Shown here: positions 34,998-47,481 of the stretch, piece by piece
Position numbering within the stretch: the stretch's first letter is position 1
Layout of the letters: the number at the start of each line of letters is the position of its first letter
Assembly: GCF_964355755.1 (NCBI RefSeq)
Contig: NC_092674.1
Span: forward strand, 8,556,001-8,620,000
Source: Antedon mediterranea
Taxonomy: Eukaryota > Animalia > Echinodermata
Direction of reading: 5' to 3'
DNA length: 64,000 nucleotides
The notes under the pieces: model-generated
Seen by the model: the letters and a program-made list of their open reading frames with translations, nothing else
What the model was told of the DNA's origin: nothing
The model's database searches: none
Program-made: the position numbers and the translations under genes

Positions 34998-37900
34998 GGT
35001 TATGTCGTCGAAGGTAAAATGTAGATTTTTAGTATTTCGCAGAGTTTGTAGAATAGTTGATAAGGTTTATAAGATTTTGTTCGTAAATTTTAGAATTAAA
35101 TTCATAACGTAATAATTACAATTTCTGATATAAATCATAAATATACAACGATCCAAACCAGGGCAGGTGAGGCTGAGCTGCTGCAGCAACACCGTGCACA
35201 CTCCCCCCACAAGTAGTGTACATACAGTCAGTGTGACTATACTATCTTGTCTCTCGATCACTCTCGAGTGGTCCTGAATGATGCAATCCCCTCTAATAAG
35301 CCACCAACCTCCATTCAAAATTAATTAAGTTCAGGTTATACTAAGATGTAGGTATTATGTCAAACATTGAAGCTTTAAATATGCTATGCAAATTAAATAA
35401 TTTGTGATATTTCTTATTTTCATTTTATTGTGATTTTGTTTGAGAATTTCATTCTGTTTTTTAAATGTATTTATTTGTCTTCACTGTATCACACTGTACT
35501 TATTAATAAATGGTGCAACCAAAATAAAAACTTAAAATTAGATCAAAAGTAAGGACATTTTAAAAGGCAAACAACATGTACGTACACTAAAAATAAAAAA
35601 TAGATGAGATGCTGAATATGAATGAATATCCAAAACCAGATGAAAATTTTTAATCATCATTGTAATCTAAAATTGGTTTTTTCATATTAATTCCTTTACA
35701 TTATTTAGCTCTTGATTCTACATTCCTTGTACACTGTCGTCCCTACTAACAAATTAAAGCCTAAACACCAAGCCGCCTTAAGACCTATGGTAATTAAAGA
35801 CCCCTTCCCTGCAATTTTGGACGTTTTTTGGAAAATAATACATATATATCACTTTAAAAACATTAAACCATGTCATTCCTTGTCTTAAATGTACGTTTTA
35901 TGGTAAATTATGATAAAAAGTGAGAAACAATGCACTACCTAAGTAGCTCGCGGCGATCGACCTCTCGTGGACGGTCTCAGGCCTAGCCTAGCTAGGCTTA
36001 GTTTTGTAGGCCTAGCTGGTAAACATCGGTAATGTACAAACATCGTACGCTAGCTATATACCTAGCCTGACGTTGTATAGTTGCTGCATTAATTATCTTT
36101 CTATTTTTGCCAGACTCCGTTGATACAAATTGGGGAAAACCCGGTATTTTCGCTGAAAAGTTAGGAGTCTTCCATTTGTTTTGGCTTCACGATCGATCGA
36201 AAAGTGGGCGAATTACAGGTGAAAAACAACAATATCAATCCGCGCGCAATGCATTTTGGGATTTATAGCGGGCCGCTATAATTATTAAAATCGATTTATT
36301 TTTCACATTTTTAACCGTTTAAAGACGAAAAAAGTTATCGCAATAGGACCATATAGTATTATTTTTACATTAAATATAGTTTGTGACCTTAAATTAGATC
36401 TAAAAAACGTAGGGAATGGGGCTTTAAGCCTTTGCAGTTGCAGATCCTAAACTGTGGAACAATCGTTCTGATCCTATAAAAAATGCATCCTCTATCATAG
36501 TTTTCAAAACAATCCTAAAAACCCATCTTTTTTCTTTGTAATTTGTTTCTGTTTTTCTCTCAGCGCTTTGGGACAATCTTTTGATTGCTTTATAAATCGA
36601 AAAAAATTACTTTACACATGACTGAGTGTTGTCTAATTGAATGTCTTAACATTTTACCTTTTTTGTAGATGTATCATCATCAGATGAAGAAGAAGAAGTC
36701 ATAGAGGTTTTAGAGGCTCAGAGCCATAATAGTAGGAATGGCGACGACCCATTTGAGATTCTTGAAATTGTTAGAGCAAATAAAAGCTGGGTGCAGAATT
36801 TTGTAGGGGGTCAGCTATCAGAACGTTCAACACCGGTACAAATTGGCTTTGGAGGTGTCAGTGGTTGGTGAGTCTATATCTATTATTTTTTCACAGGTAT
36901 TCTCAATGTACTTAGTATAAAGTGCAAATTACGTCTCAGAGTAGGGCAAAACATCTGACAAATTACTCAACACCCTGACGCAAAGCTACTCCACAGTAGC
37001 AAAATCCTGTTGGTGTAGTACCCGCTGCTTACTTGGGCTCAAATCTAACCCCTAGCCATCAGCGCAAGCTCGGTGATCTAGAGGTATAAACACCGGGCTA
37101 GTGCTGGTGAGCTGTGAGTTCAAAATTCACATTACTCCTCATAAAAGTTTCCTTTCACACACAAATTTGAAGTATTTCATCATTCTTAAGCTATATCTAC
37201 ACAAACTAGTTTGAAAAAAAAATGTGCCCGAATATGGTAATGATATGCTTAAATATGGTAGTAATATGACATCATCATATCCATATATGGGCACAAACAT
37301 ATTTTTTTCACATAAAATTTGATGGTGTAGACAGAGATTTTATGATTCAAGCATTTTTATTCAATTGCACATGTAGGTTGGCAGGCCATCTATTCCAGAA
37401 GGTTGGCAAACTGGCAGCCACTGCTGTGGGTGGTGGATTTCTTCTGATGTTGGTGAGTAGATACAAGTAGTACTTAGTATTGAATACTTACTATTGTTTA
37501 GTGTGTTTCTTTGAGTGATTATTTTACCACATCTTAGTCTCATATACTGAATCCCATTGGTTACGCTAAACTTAAAGTGTGGTTCCCACTAGGACGCAAT
37601 GCAATGCAACGATGCATCGATGCAAAGTGCTTTATTGCATAATTACAAGTGGGAACCGACACAATAGTGCTGCAAAAATCGCTACGGGAAATAAAATCTG
37701 TTATGATTTCATGCAACGACGCAAGGCAAGAAAACTGGAAAACACATAGTTACATACAGTAGTTGCGTTACGCCGCTAATGGGAACCTCACTTAAAGCCA
37801 AACATTGGTTTAGTCACTGTATTATGAAATATGATTATGGAAATACACTACCTACCTACTAGGTAGGTAGGTAGGTAGTAAAAGTAATGTTTTCACCAGG

Positions 37901-40298
37901 TAGAACTAAAAACTGTATACTGTACTTCTAAATGGTTATAATCGTTAAATCATTAAATGTCAATAGTATTTTTAAATTAATAATTAAAACTGTCTCTTTA
38001 ATCTTTCAGCTCGCACATCACGGAGGCTACATAAAAGTGGATTGGGAGAAATTTGAGAAAGACATGGGTAAAACAAAGACAAGAGTCACTAGGGAAATGT
38101 CAAGACAATATCCATACTTCCACCAGGTTTACAATCAGGTAATCATTACTGTAAAGCTGTGTCTACACTATCAAACTAGTTAGACAAAAAAAGTGTGATG
38201 TGCCCAAATATGGTAGTGATATGCCCAAATACAGTAGTGATATGCCCAAATATAGTAGTGATATGACATCGTCATGTCCATAAATGGGCACATCAAATTT
38301 TTTTGTCACATAAAGTTTGATAGTGTATAGTATATATAGAGATTTTTTTTAGTACACACCCACGAAATTTTGGCTATGATCTTTCAAATTTTTCAAATCT
38401 TTAGGGCCCGTTCATGCTTTTTTATTTACCCAAGGAAAGTTGGCTTTATGAACCAATTATTGCTAAATTTGTCTGGTAGATCATCAACTTACCTGAATAT
38501 ATAAGCTTGTGTCAAGAGTGTCACGAACAATGCACTGTTAACAACATAGCTCCGGTACAAGCTCCTAAAATTGCATTTTTCACTATCATATCATTGGTAT
38601 TTATTCATCGATCTCTGTTATCTCATTTACTTAATTGAGTACTTCACTATGGCATCTACCAGATCCAAAGGAAAGAAAGATTCTAAGGTAAAATCTATTG
38701 AAGACTTAGGCAAGGACAAGTCAGGCCCTATCCGTATACAGGACGAAACGACTGAGCCTACAGAACACCGGGAAGCAACGTCGAAATCCCTGGTAATGGG
38801 TTCACCGATCGATAGTGCCACTTTCAGTACTATTCATAATCTGTTGGCTGATGATCCTGATCTCATATCAATTGTGTCACAAAGCATTAGTAACCACATT
38901 TTGTCATCACCGGATCTCTTTAAAAATATTGTACATGCAATAACAACCAACAAAGTGTTAATTTCTGCAATTAGTAAACATATTTTAGACGCGGTCTCGG
39001 AATCTGTTTACAACAGCGTAACCATGGACAACGCCGCAACTGCGGGCGACATTGATATAATTCGCCGCGAAAATGAAAATCTTGTAGCAGAAAACCGAAC
39101 CATGATGGACAAGATCGACGACTTAGAACAGTATAGTCGACGAAACTGCCTACTTTTGCATGGTATGCCTGAATCACCTAGAGAAGATACTGACGAATTA
39201 GCTATTAATTTAATAGGCTCTAAAATAACAGACAGTATTGAACTAAGCGATCTTGATCGAACTCATCGCCTAGGTAAAAGGAAGTTAGACGCAACAAAAT
39301 CAAAACCACGGCCGATTATCATCAAATTTACGTCGTACCGTTCCCGATCAGAAGTCTTTAAAAACATAAAAACATAGCATTAGATATTCTGGACCTCTAT
39401 TGTTTAACAATTTACCCCCCTCAATTTCCTGTGCTGCTAACCGCTATTCATTCAATAATAACATAAAAAATTACCTTCTGTCTCATTACTGATCGATCTG
39501 TTTGATATGGTCGTTGTTTCCATGTTCCGTGACTTGCTATCTTTATTATTCAATTGTCATCATATTCGCTATATGCCATGCAGCTGTACTTTTTTCTGTT
39601 CTTTTTTTATTTTTTATTCCAACTTTTATTTACTGGTTTTATATATATTTTGTATTTCTTTATTGTTTAATTAATTTATTTTCTTTATTTATATATATAT
39701 TTTTTTTTCTTCTCTTAATTTAAATTTTTTGTAAAGGCAATCCCGTCACAAGATTGTAATCTTTTTGGGATTTGCCTTCGTCCATTTTCTTGTTTTATCA
39801 CTTGCCATTTTGTTTTTGTTACTTTTGTCTTTTGGACGTGAATAAATGTTCCTTGAATTGAATTGAATTGAATAAGCACCAAGTCCAAACGAAATTGGCG
39901 ACGGAAAAATGGACTGAAGTTTGAATTGAAGAGCATGTATATTTGTGTTGTCCCTTGTAAAGATCCTACCTCAACATGAGAGTGTATCAATTTAATTTTT
40001 AAAGTGTAAAACCAAAAAATATTATTGGTCCATCACACTAAATTGAAGTTTAAAATAGTTCCTATCTATTCATATTTAACATACCATTATAAAACTCAAC
40101 TGAGGAGTCATAGTTTTGTGAGTTTTTATCCTCCAAGAGATTTTTTGTAGTTCATTATTAAATATTGCTGGCTAATTTTCAAGATTCTTTTTCAAATTTT
40201 ATTTTATATTTATTTTTCAGAGTCGAGAGTTTGCCAGAAAAAATGTTTTAGTATCCGGAGGGTTTGTTGGTGGATTTCTGCTAGGCATGTCTACATAG
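34989..40298 (+). CDS. FUNDC1: FUN14 domain-containing protein (FUNDC1/2 orthologue, mitophagy receptor), about 168 aa, 5 exons
   Basis: Exons 34989-35013, 36669-36867, 37377-37452, 38010-38138 and 40221-40298 (507 nt). Translation includes [47 protein letters not shown] and [13 protein letters not shown], the FUN14 signature. The small first exon is the least certain. Confidence 0.93.
35798..36423. mobile_element. Kolobok-like MITE inserted into a LINE 3' fragment
   Basis: TTAA|AGACCCCTTCCCT ... AGGGAATGGGGCT|TTAA. The flanks rejoin as [21 protein letters not shown]...[10 protein letters not shown] (L2/CR1 ORF2 end, about 35765-36615). Confidence 0.75.
38350..39873 (+). mobile_element. Internally deleted LINE (L2/Crack/CR1 group) in FUNDC1 intron 4
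   Basis: 5'UTR, ORF1, then directly the ORF2 C-terminus [16 protein letters not shown]...IKNYLLSHY* (39370-39492), a T-rich 3'UTR, AATAAA and a (TTGAA)4 tail. Confidence 0.8.
38649..39377 (+). CDS. LINE ORF1p (coiled coil plus L1-type RRM, Transposase_22-like), C-terminally truncated, 242 aa
   Basis: Motifs [26 protein letters not shown] and PRPIIIKF; the frame is open from the ATG at 38649. Confidence 0.8.
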   Translation: MASTRSKGKKDSKVKSIEDLGKDKSGPIRIQDETTEPTEHREATSKSLVMGSPIDSATFSTIHNLLADDPDLISIVSQSISNHILSSPDLFKNIVHAITTNKVLISAISKHILDAVSESVYNSVTMDNAATAGDIDIIRRENENLVAENRTMMDKIDDLEQYSRRNCLLLHGMPESPREDTDELAINLIGSKITDSIELSDLDRTHRLGKRKLDATKSKPRPIIIKFTSYRSRSEVFKNIKT

Positions 40299-42044
40299 TG
40301 TTTTTTTTTTTCTACTTCTATTTCTTATTTAACTTAGCTTGATACCATGGTTAAAACAACAAACCAATTCTTATAAAGATGGTATAGAACTTTCAGCTAT
40401 TTATGCAAATGAGTTTGTTGCCCTCTATTAAAACAAATAGAGGGCAGCAGACTACAAACCGATACTGTAATACTGTGTATTATAAATTGTGTTTTTGTCA
40501 AAAGTAGGTGATATAAAAATAATATAGAAAATATAAATTTAAAAAAATAAAATGTTAGCACTGTATAAAATTATTAAGTATTGTGCAAAAAATTGTATTC
40601 ATATATTATAATATTATTTTTAAAAATAAATGTCTGTTTTTCTGCATGATTTTAAGTTAGGGTGATGACAGGTGGAATAGTTAGTGTGTGAACTTAATTG
40701 AGGATAAATTGACTTTTTTTACAGTCAATGTGAACAAATTTGTAATTAATTTAACGAAATTTTAATGTAGGCTACACACAGCAAGGAGATGCATTGAGGA
40801 AATATATATTTCCTTTGTGAGATATGAAAGAAATAGTTGTTTTCCTGGGTAGAGATATACCAACAATTGAATTAAAATATTTCCATCGCATTCATAAAGG
40901 GTTTTAGTATGTCCAGGGAGAATGTCTATCAATACTGTAGTTGGAAATAAATGATATTCATAAATACACATTCCTTTTAAAGGCATATTTTCCATCCAAA
41001 CATTTTTTTCACATTTATTGAGAGATGTTGATTGAAGAAAGAAAAAGAAGATTTAATGTAAAATTGAGTGATTTTAAGAACAGTATTTTGTATGAATGTG
41101 TGCACTGTTGTCTGCTTTTTAAAAGCTCTGTTAAGTGTGTAGTATATTGGTCTGTAGCACTTAATTGTTAACCAATAGATTTAGTCAGCATAGTGTAGGT
41201 TAAAGAGTAGCATTGGTTAGTGTTGTTTTATAGTGCTACAAGTACACTCAACTCTCTAGTTGTACTCTCAGAAAACCAAAACCTTTCCCAAAATAATAAG
41301 TTGCTAACAGTTTAAAAAATGTTCCTACTATATTTATTTATCCATAATAACCTTTCTGGAAAAGTAAACATTTCAGCGCAAGCAAGCCACAGTTGTCCGG
41401 TTTTGGCAAGTTGACTATACGTACACAGCCACTGTCACACACACAGCCACTTGGGACCCTCTGCTGGTAGAACAGTCTTTGAGTCTAAAGAGGTCACCCA
41501 GTATAAATAAGAAAATAATAATAGTACATATTTTTAGTAACAAACAAAATAAATTAGTGGTATTGTAGTTAATTTTATATACCACTTGTATTGATGTATA
41601 GATAATTTGATGAAATGAAGATGGTATCTGGGATTAGCCTCTAAGGGATCCCATACAGAAGGTGTTTTTTTGTAGCATGTATAACTGTTAAATTACTAAT
41701 TTGCTACATGTATTCACCGGTGCAAATCCGTTAATAGTGGGGGTGGGGGACGTATAAAAATGAAATACTTTGCAAGTGAAGCCCCTGGAAGCCCGGCTCT
41801 TTGAGTAATGTATAGGTTGTTTCAGTCGATTTCTAAGCACATAAAATTCCGGTTGGAAGAATACAATTATTATGGGTTACGCTGGTTATATTCACGCAGA
41901 ATATAGTTTTTGTAGATACTGTATTTTCTGAAATTACATAGGACGCGTCCTGCTTGTCATAGAAGTCTTACTGTCTATTTCCTTTTCAACCATTTTTTTT
42001 TTATTTTGCTGTTGGAAAGTGAGGAAGACAATCCCCAACTAAAC

Positions 42045-42280
42045 AATATGTTTTATTTTGAAGGTTGCATTATTTTGTATTGATTTGAGTGAATTGGGGA
42101 GCCTGTTCCAGTCACGGATACCTAAGAAATAAAAAGTCGTATCATTAACGCCAGTAGCCTTAGGAGTGACAAAATTAAATGTTGTACCCCTGGTGAAATG
42201 GTTATGATGATCAGAAATTAACAAAAAGTTATCCTTAAGGAAAGAAAAACAGATCTTACTGTTCCATATGTTGTTCAATT
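42045..42280 (-). mobile_element. LINE ORF2 3' fragment (CR1/L2 group)
   Basis: HNHFTRG...TFYFLGIRDWNRLPNSLKSIQNNATFK. Confidence 0.75.
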
Positions 42281-42393
42281 ATTCTGGATCGGTGTCGATT
42301 AAGTTGGAAAACACTGGCGAAAAACCAGTTCACGGGAGAGAGTAATCGAGACACGTCTTATCATTAAATAATTTAAAAACCTTATTAAATAAT

Positions 42394-42503
42394 TACATAA
42401 TATAAAAATAACGCTTAAAAGAGAACGACGTTTCGACTTGGAGTCGAAACGTCGTTCTCTTTTAAGCGTTATTTTTATATTATGTATTTACAATAAACGT
42501 ACT
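42394..42503. mobile_element. Perfect 45-bp-stem palindrome; probable tiny inverted Penelope-like insertion with target duplication
   Basis: Arms 42394-42438 and 42442-42486 with loop TGG; contains GTCGAAACGTC; direct repeat CTTATTAAATAATT at 42381-42394 and 42504-42517. Confidence 0.75.
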
Positions 42504-43789
42504 CTTATTAAATAATTGTTATTGTTTTAGCTATAGTTAACATGACCTGCTCAATAATGTCCAGTTGTGAGGACCTGTTCCTAATTTTTGTCCATTTTAT
42601 ATGGAGAGTTGACTGATATTTTATTATTATAGGTAAAATATTTGTGCTGAAGCATCATGTGCCATTAATTATTTCATATAAATAAATTTAACAATTATCA
42701 ATTTTCATTGTTAGTAGACTTACTGTAACTCCTGGCATTTAATGGTAGAGCCTATGTAGTGTAAGTTGAAGTACAATATGCATGGGGAACTTTGATTGGA
42801 GAGTTCTGACATATAATATTAATATTCTGTCAAAGATAGATATCAGAAAGTATTTCATAATTTAATGTTTGCCATCAAAATCTGATCTGGCCCCTGAAAT
42901 ACAAAGGCTGCTGTACTGAACATATTATTTGTACAGTACATTGTAACAACAAATGAATTCATGGTTTTGTGTTATTTGACTACTATTGTTATATCTAATT
43001 TTTTTCTGTTCGAAATATTAATAATAGTTTATTTCATTTTTGTAAAGTATGGTAATCATAATTTATATTATTATTACTTTATTATTGTTGTTATAAATCT
43101 GCATTATATTTTTTTAGTGTTAAAGCATATCCAGGATTTTATGTATAAATTTACACAATAAAATAATAATTATGGCGAAAAAAAGTTTTAATTGGCCTTA
43201 TTTCTGTTTAACCCAATCTAACCTGATAATGCAAAAAGTATGTCTACCGCCCTCTATATTTTACTAAGTTTACCGTACAGTACTTTCAAAATCCGGTAAA
43301 ATGTTTGTGCATTGTCTTTAGTTGTGTATCAATTAGAAAATAGTTTTTAAAAATCAATTACATTGGTGTGGGGGGTTTTTTTTCTGCTCACTGAAAGAAA
43401 ATACAAGTTTTCTTCACATCTAAAAATAACATTATAGATTATCATTCAATTCTCAATTTATATTGATGCATACTGTAATCTAAGTATATCATCAGTGAAA
43501 GTTTAATTGAAGATATTTTAAGATATTAGTTAGTCTCAAGAATGTTTTTTTAAATAGGCCTAATATAATAAAGCTTGATTGTTGCTTGTTTATTTAATTG
43601 ACTGTATTACTGTTTACAAAGAAGAATATTCCAATGAACATTATTTCTTATTTAAATCAAGTTATATTTAGTTAATACATTGAAACCCCTTGATTGTCAA
43701 TATCTTAGTCACCATTTTGTTAATGAATTGCTATTTTAGTAGTAAACTTAATTAATCGGCATGGTTGATTTACTAACTGAAAAACAGAG

Positions 43790-44287
43790 GGTGTAGTAGA
43801 AATTAATATAAGAGCTAACTTCCGCGTTCTGCTGGTGGTCAGTATTTTTCTAGTAACTTAAGTGTGCATGCCGCACCCGCTGGTTTGTCGTATTGGCATG
43901 CGCTGAATTTAGCACAGGCTTTATAGGCTGCTGCTCAGTGCTGTACGTCGTGTTATTGTGGTAGTCTGCGAGTGATATTTTTGGTGTATGATGAGTTTTT
44001 TTCGTTATTAGTTTTAATTAACAGTGTTTCGAATTAATCATGACATCATGTGGCATATTGATGACAGTTTTAACGATTCCAACAACTCGTAACTGATATA
44101 ATTGAGTTGTTTCCGCTGATTTCAACAAAATATTTGTGTACAAACTTTGGAAAGTTTTGAGTTAGGCAAGCCTAGGCCCGTTATACCCGTATTGTTATTG
44201 TGAGGGAACTCACAGCCTCGACGACTGGCACTTTAAAACGTACGAGGTAATTGGTACTATCGAGGTAGGCTTAGACTTTTCATAATT
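43790..44287 (+). promoter_or_regulatory. Probable Rap2 promoter / 5'UTR
   Basis: Locally GC- and CpG-richer than its flanks, with ETS-type ACTTCCG at about 43818, directly upstream of the ATG. Confidence 0.45.
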
Positions 44288-44848
44288 ATGAAGGAATACA
44301 AAGTTGTGGTTCTCGGGGCCGGTGGGGTTGGAAAGAGTGCGATAACTGTACAATTCGTCTCTGGAAATTTTGTTGAAAAGTATGATCCCACAATCGAGGA
44401 TTTTTACCGGAAAGCAATCGAAGTTGAAAATGTGATGGCTATTTTGGAAATTTTAGACACAGCCGGAACAGAGCAGTTTGCATCAATGAGGGATTTATAT
44501 ATACGTAATGGACAGGGATTCCTAATTGTCTTTAGCATCACAAGTAAACAAAGTTTTAACGATGTTGTAAATCTTAGAGAGCAGATTCTACGTGTTAAGG
44601 GCAAAGACAATGTACCGATGGTACTCGTAGCCAACAAAGCAGACTTGGAAAAAGAAAGGCAGGTTCCCACAAGTGAGGGAATGATTTTAGCAAACCGATG
44701 GGGTGTACCTTTTTACGAGACGTCCGCCAAAACACGGCAGAATGTAAATGAAATATTTGCGGACTGTGTCGTTGAAATTATGCATTTACTGCAGCCTCAA
44801 AAGAAGGCCGCGACTTGCTGTGGAGGCAACGGATGTACCCTTCTATGA
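44288..44848 (+). CDS. RAP2: Ras-related small GTPase, Rap2-like, CDS not interrupted by introns
   Basis: G1 GAGGVGKS, effector [11 protein letters not shown] (Phe as in Rap2), G3 [15 protein letters not shown] (Thr61 of Rap), NKAD, ETSAK; C-terminus [10 protein letters not shown] (palmitoylation cysteines plus CaaX-Leu). Confidence 0.93.
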   Translation: MKEYKVVVLGAGGVGKSAITVQFVSGNFVEKYDPTIEDFYRKAIEVENVMAILEILDTAGTEQFASMRDLYIRNGQGFLIVFSITSKQSFNDVVNLREQILRVKGKDNVPMVLVANKADLEKERQVPTSEGMILANRWGVPFYETSAKTRQNVNEIFADCVVEIMHLLQPQKKAATCCGGNGCTLL

Positions 44849-46176
44849 AAAAATTTTTTATTTTAGGATGTATCATTTTTTGAAGGTATGATAAATCAAT
44901 ATATGATTGATTTTTTATTTAATATAAATTTTACTTTAATATATTCATTTTTTGTATAAAAAATCAATTTTACTTTCATAATAATGTATTTATTTTTTTA
45001 TTTTAGTACAGCATCTTTATACAATAGGCCTATTTATTATCTATTTATTTGGTATGTACTTAACACAATGAAAGCACCAGAATATACTTTTTGTCTGGTG
45101 GTTCCTTGTAACAAAAATATCTTTTTCACCACTTGCTCTAAAGTATTACGCATTTAGTGATAATAGCGTATACAGTCTCAAAATAGTTAGTGTACTACGC
45201 CTTTGAGGTTGAAAAGGAGAGTGTCAAGGAACCATCTACACAGTAGTAGGCCTACAGTTAAGCCTGTTACTAATAAGTTTTATTAGCAAAACTCCAAATA
45301 AATATAAGATACTGTATTATGTCTATTAAACAGTATCATGTTAAATGGTCAATGTCCAAGCACACGCATGATTGGACTTATGTCACGTTCACATCCAAAC
45401 AAAGTTGAGTGAACTACACTTTATCTTATTAATAATATTTGATTGCGCCAGGGTTTCCTTGAGTCATGTTTTAGTATCACTTTGTTGAAGAGTCTATTGA
45501 TCACGTTTTCTCTGATGTTTACATTCAATTTTGCACTTTTTGTCTTTTTTAGACAGTAATGTGTTATTACATAATAAGCCTACCGTATACATTTTAAATT
45601 TTGAGGGTAATCTTAAATAATTATTGATGTTATAGGATTAAAGATTAAATTAGATTTTAATTCGTCATTTTGGGGAATTATATTAGATCTTTGTGATAGA
45701 ATATATAAAACAAGGATAATCCATCATAAAAATCTTCTTATCCGCGCAAATGCTAAACATGTACATTAAATTATGAGCGCAAAAAGTTGCTATCCTATGA
45801 CCAGACGATGCATACAGTACTGTAGGCCTATGCTTATAGTTTAGTGGTGAATTGTGCCCATTATGTTCCTACAACCAGATGTTTTTACTCTTCATATCAG
45901 TCCTTTTAGTACATTTATGAGATTAAGCTTATATGTGGGGGTATAAGTGCAATAATCTTAATGCTTACAATTGTTATTATCAAATTGTAAAGTTTGTTCA
46001 ACCAATTGAATTGAAGCTACTATACAAACTATATGAGTTGAATGTGGACATTTGAGTCACATTAAGTACCAGGCAATTATAACATTCAAATGATAGTTTC
46101 TAATAAATGTCCCTGTCTGTCATCATTGTGACATACAGTACCGTCAATGTGACAACTTTATATCAGTTCAAAGTAC

Positions 46177-47481
46177 CAGGGCATCACGTATGCAAAACCC
46201 AGGAGAGCAACAAATCGCTCTCCTCAAATCACCGAGGAGAGCAATTCGCTCTCCTTGAAAAAATTTTAAATCGCTCTCCTCAAATGTTTATGTAAATATG
46301 TAACAAAATTACAATTATTAATTTTTTGTACACATTTTTTTTGCCCGACAGGGGTGGGGATAACCCCCCCCCCCCCCCCCCGCCGGGCACAACAAATGTA
46401 TACTGTACCTCTCCCCTAAAATCCCCCACACCCACCTTCACACAATATTTTCCGTGGGGATCGTATTATTCTACAGTAAAAAAACTCAAGCCAATTTTTT
46501 TTTTATGGCCTGGGTAGATTGGGTTTCAGGAGCCTGGCCTGGAGAATCCTGTCCTGGCCAACTATCTATGCCTTTAGCCTAGCTTTTCTAGCCTAGCTTG
46601 TTGGCCTAGAAATCAGACAGAAAACCTGAAAAGTATTTACCTGCAATTCATAAATTATACAATTCTAACATGCAACAGCCATTAAAATATTGATAATAAG
46701 TTACAAAGTGTCATTTTAAAATAATTAAGAAAGATATTTGATCGTGTTTACATGTGTCACACATGGGCGCACGCACAATAGGGGAGGGCTGAGAGAGCTT
46801 CTAGAAGATGCTGACGTCACACGTCAGCACGTGTTTTGAGGAGGATTTGAGTGACCAAAATTGGTTAGAACTTTCGAAGAAATAATCCATCTTCAAAATG
46901 ACATAATTAAAGCAACCAGCAGCTAAGCTTTTTTAAATAATAAACATTATATTTAGGCCTCCTATATTAATGTTTCCTTTTAAAATTAAATATATTTTAT
47001 TAACTCGTTCCATAAAAACATAAAGGGAAAAATTATTGGTTGGGACGTGATCTTCCTGTAAAGGAGGTGTTTCTATGACACCGTACTGGTTGCACTATGA
47101 GGCGATGAAGTAAACTCGCCCTTGAATAATGCGCGCAGGCAGGGGAATCCCCTTTGTTGGTACCTCGCACTGGAGCGCGATGAATTGCTCTCCTTTTCGA
47201 AGGTTGTTGATTGCGATCGCGCTCGCGATCCTTAAAAACGAGGGACTGCCATTAGGCTTGTAGCTTTATAACTTAGCTTATATATTATTAGCCTAGGCCT
47301 AGATTGGTTTTAACTTTTAAAAATCCACGTGTTTTTAGGCCTCTTGACAGAAAAATCAACACTGTCAAAAGCTAGGCTCTATTTTGAAAATTAAGGAGCG
47401 CGATAAATTGCTCTCCTCGAAGCCTGTTGAGGAGCGCGGAGGAGCGCGGTCGCGCAGGCGCTCCTTATAAATGATGCCCTG
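46177..47481. mobile_element. Non-autonomous hAT-like element with a 6-bp target duplication
   Basis: AAGTAC|CAGGGCATCA ... TGATGCCCTG|AAGTAC; repeated subterminal (T/C)GCTCTCCT / AGGAG(A/C)GC motifs at both ends. Confidence 0.8.
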
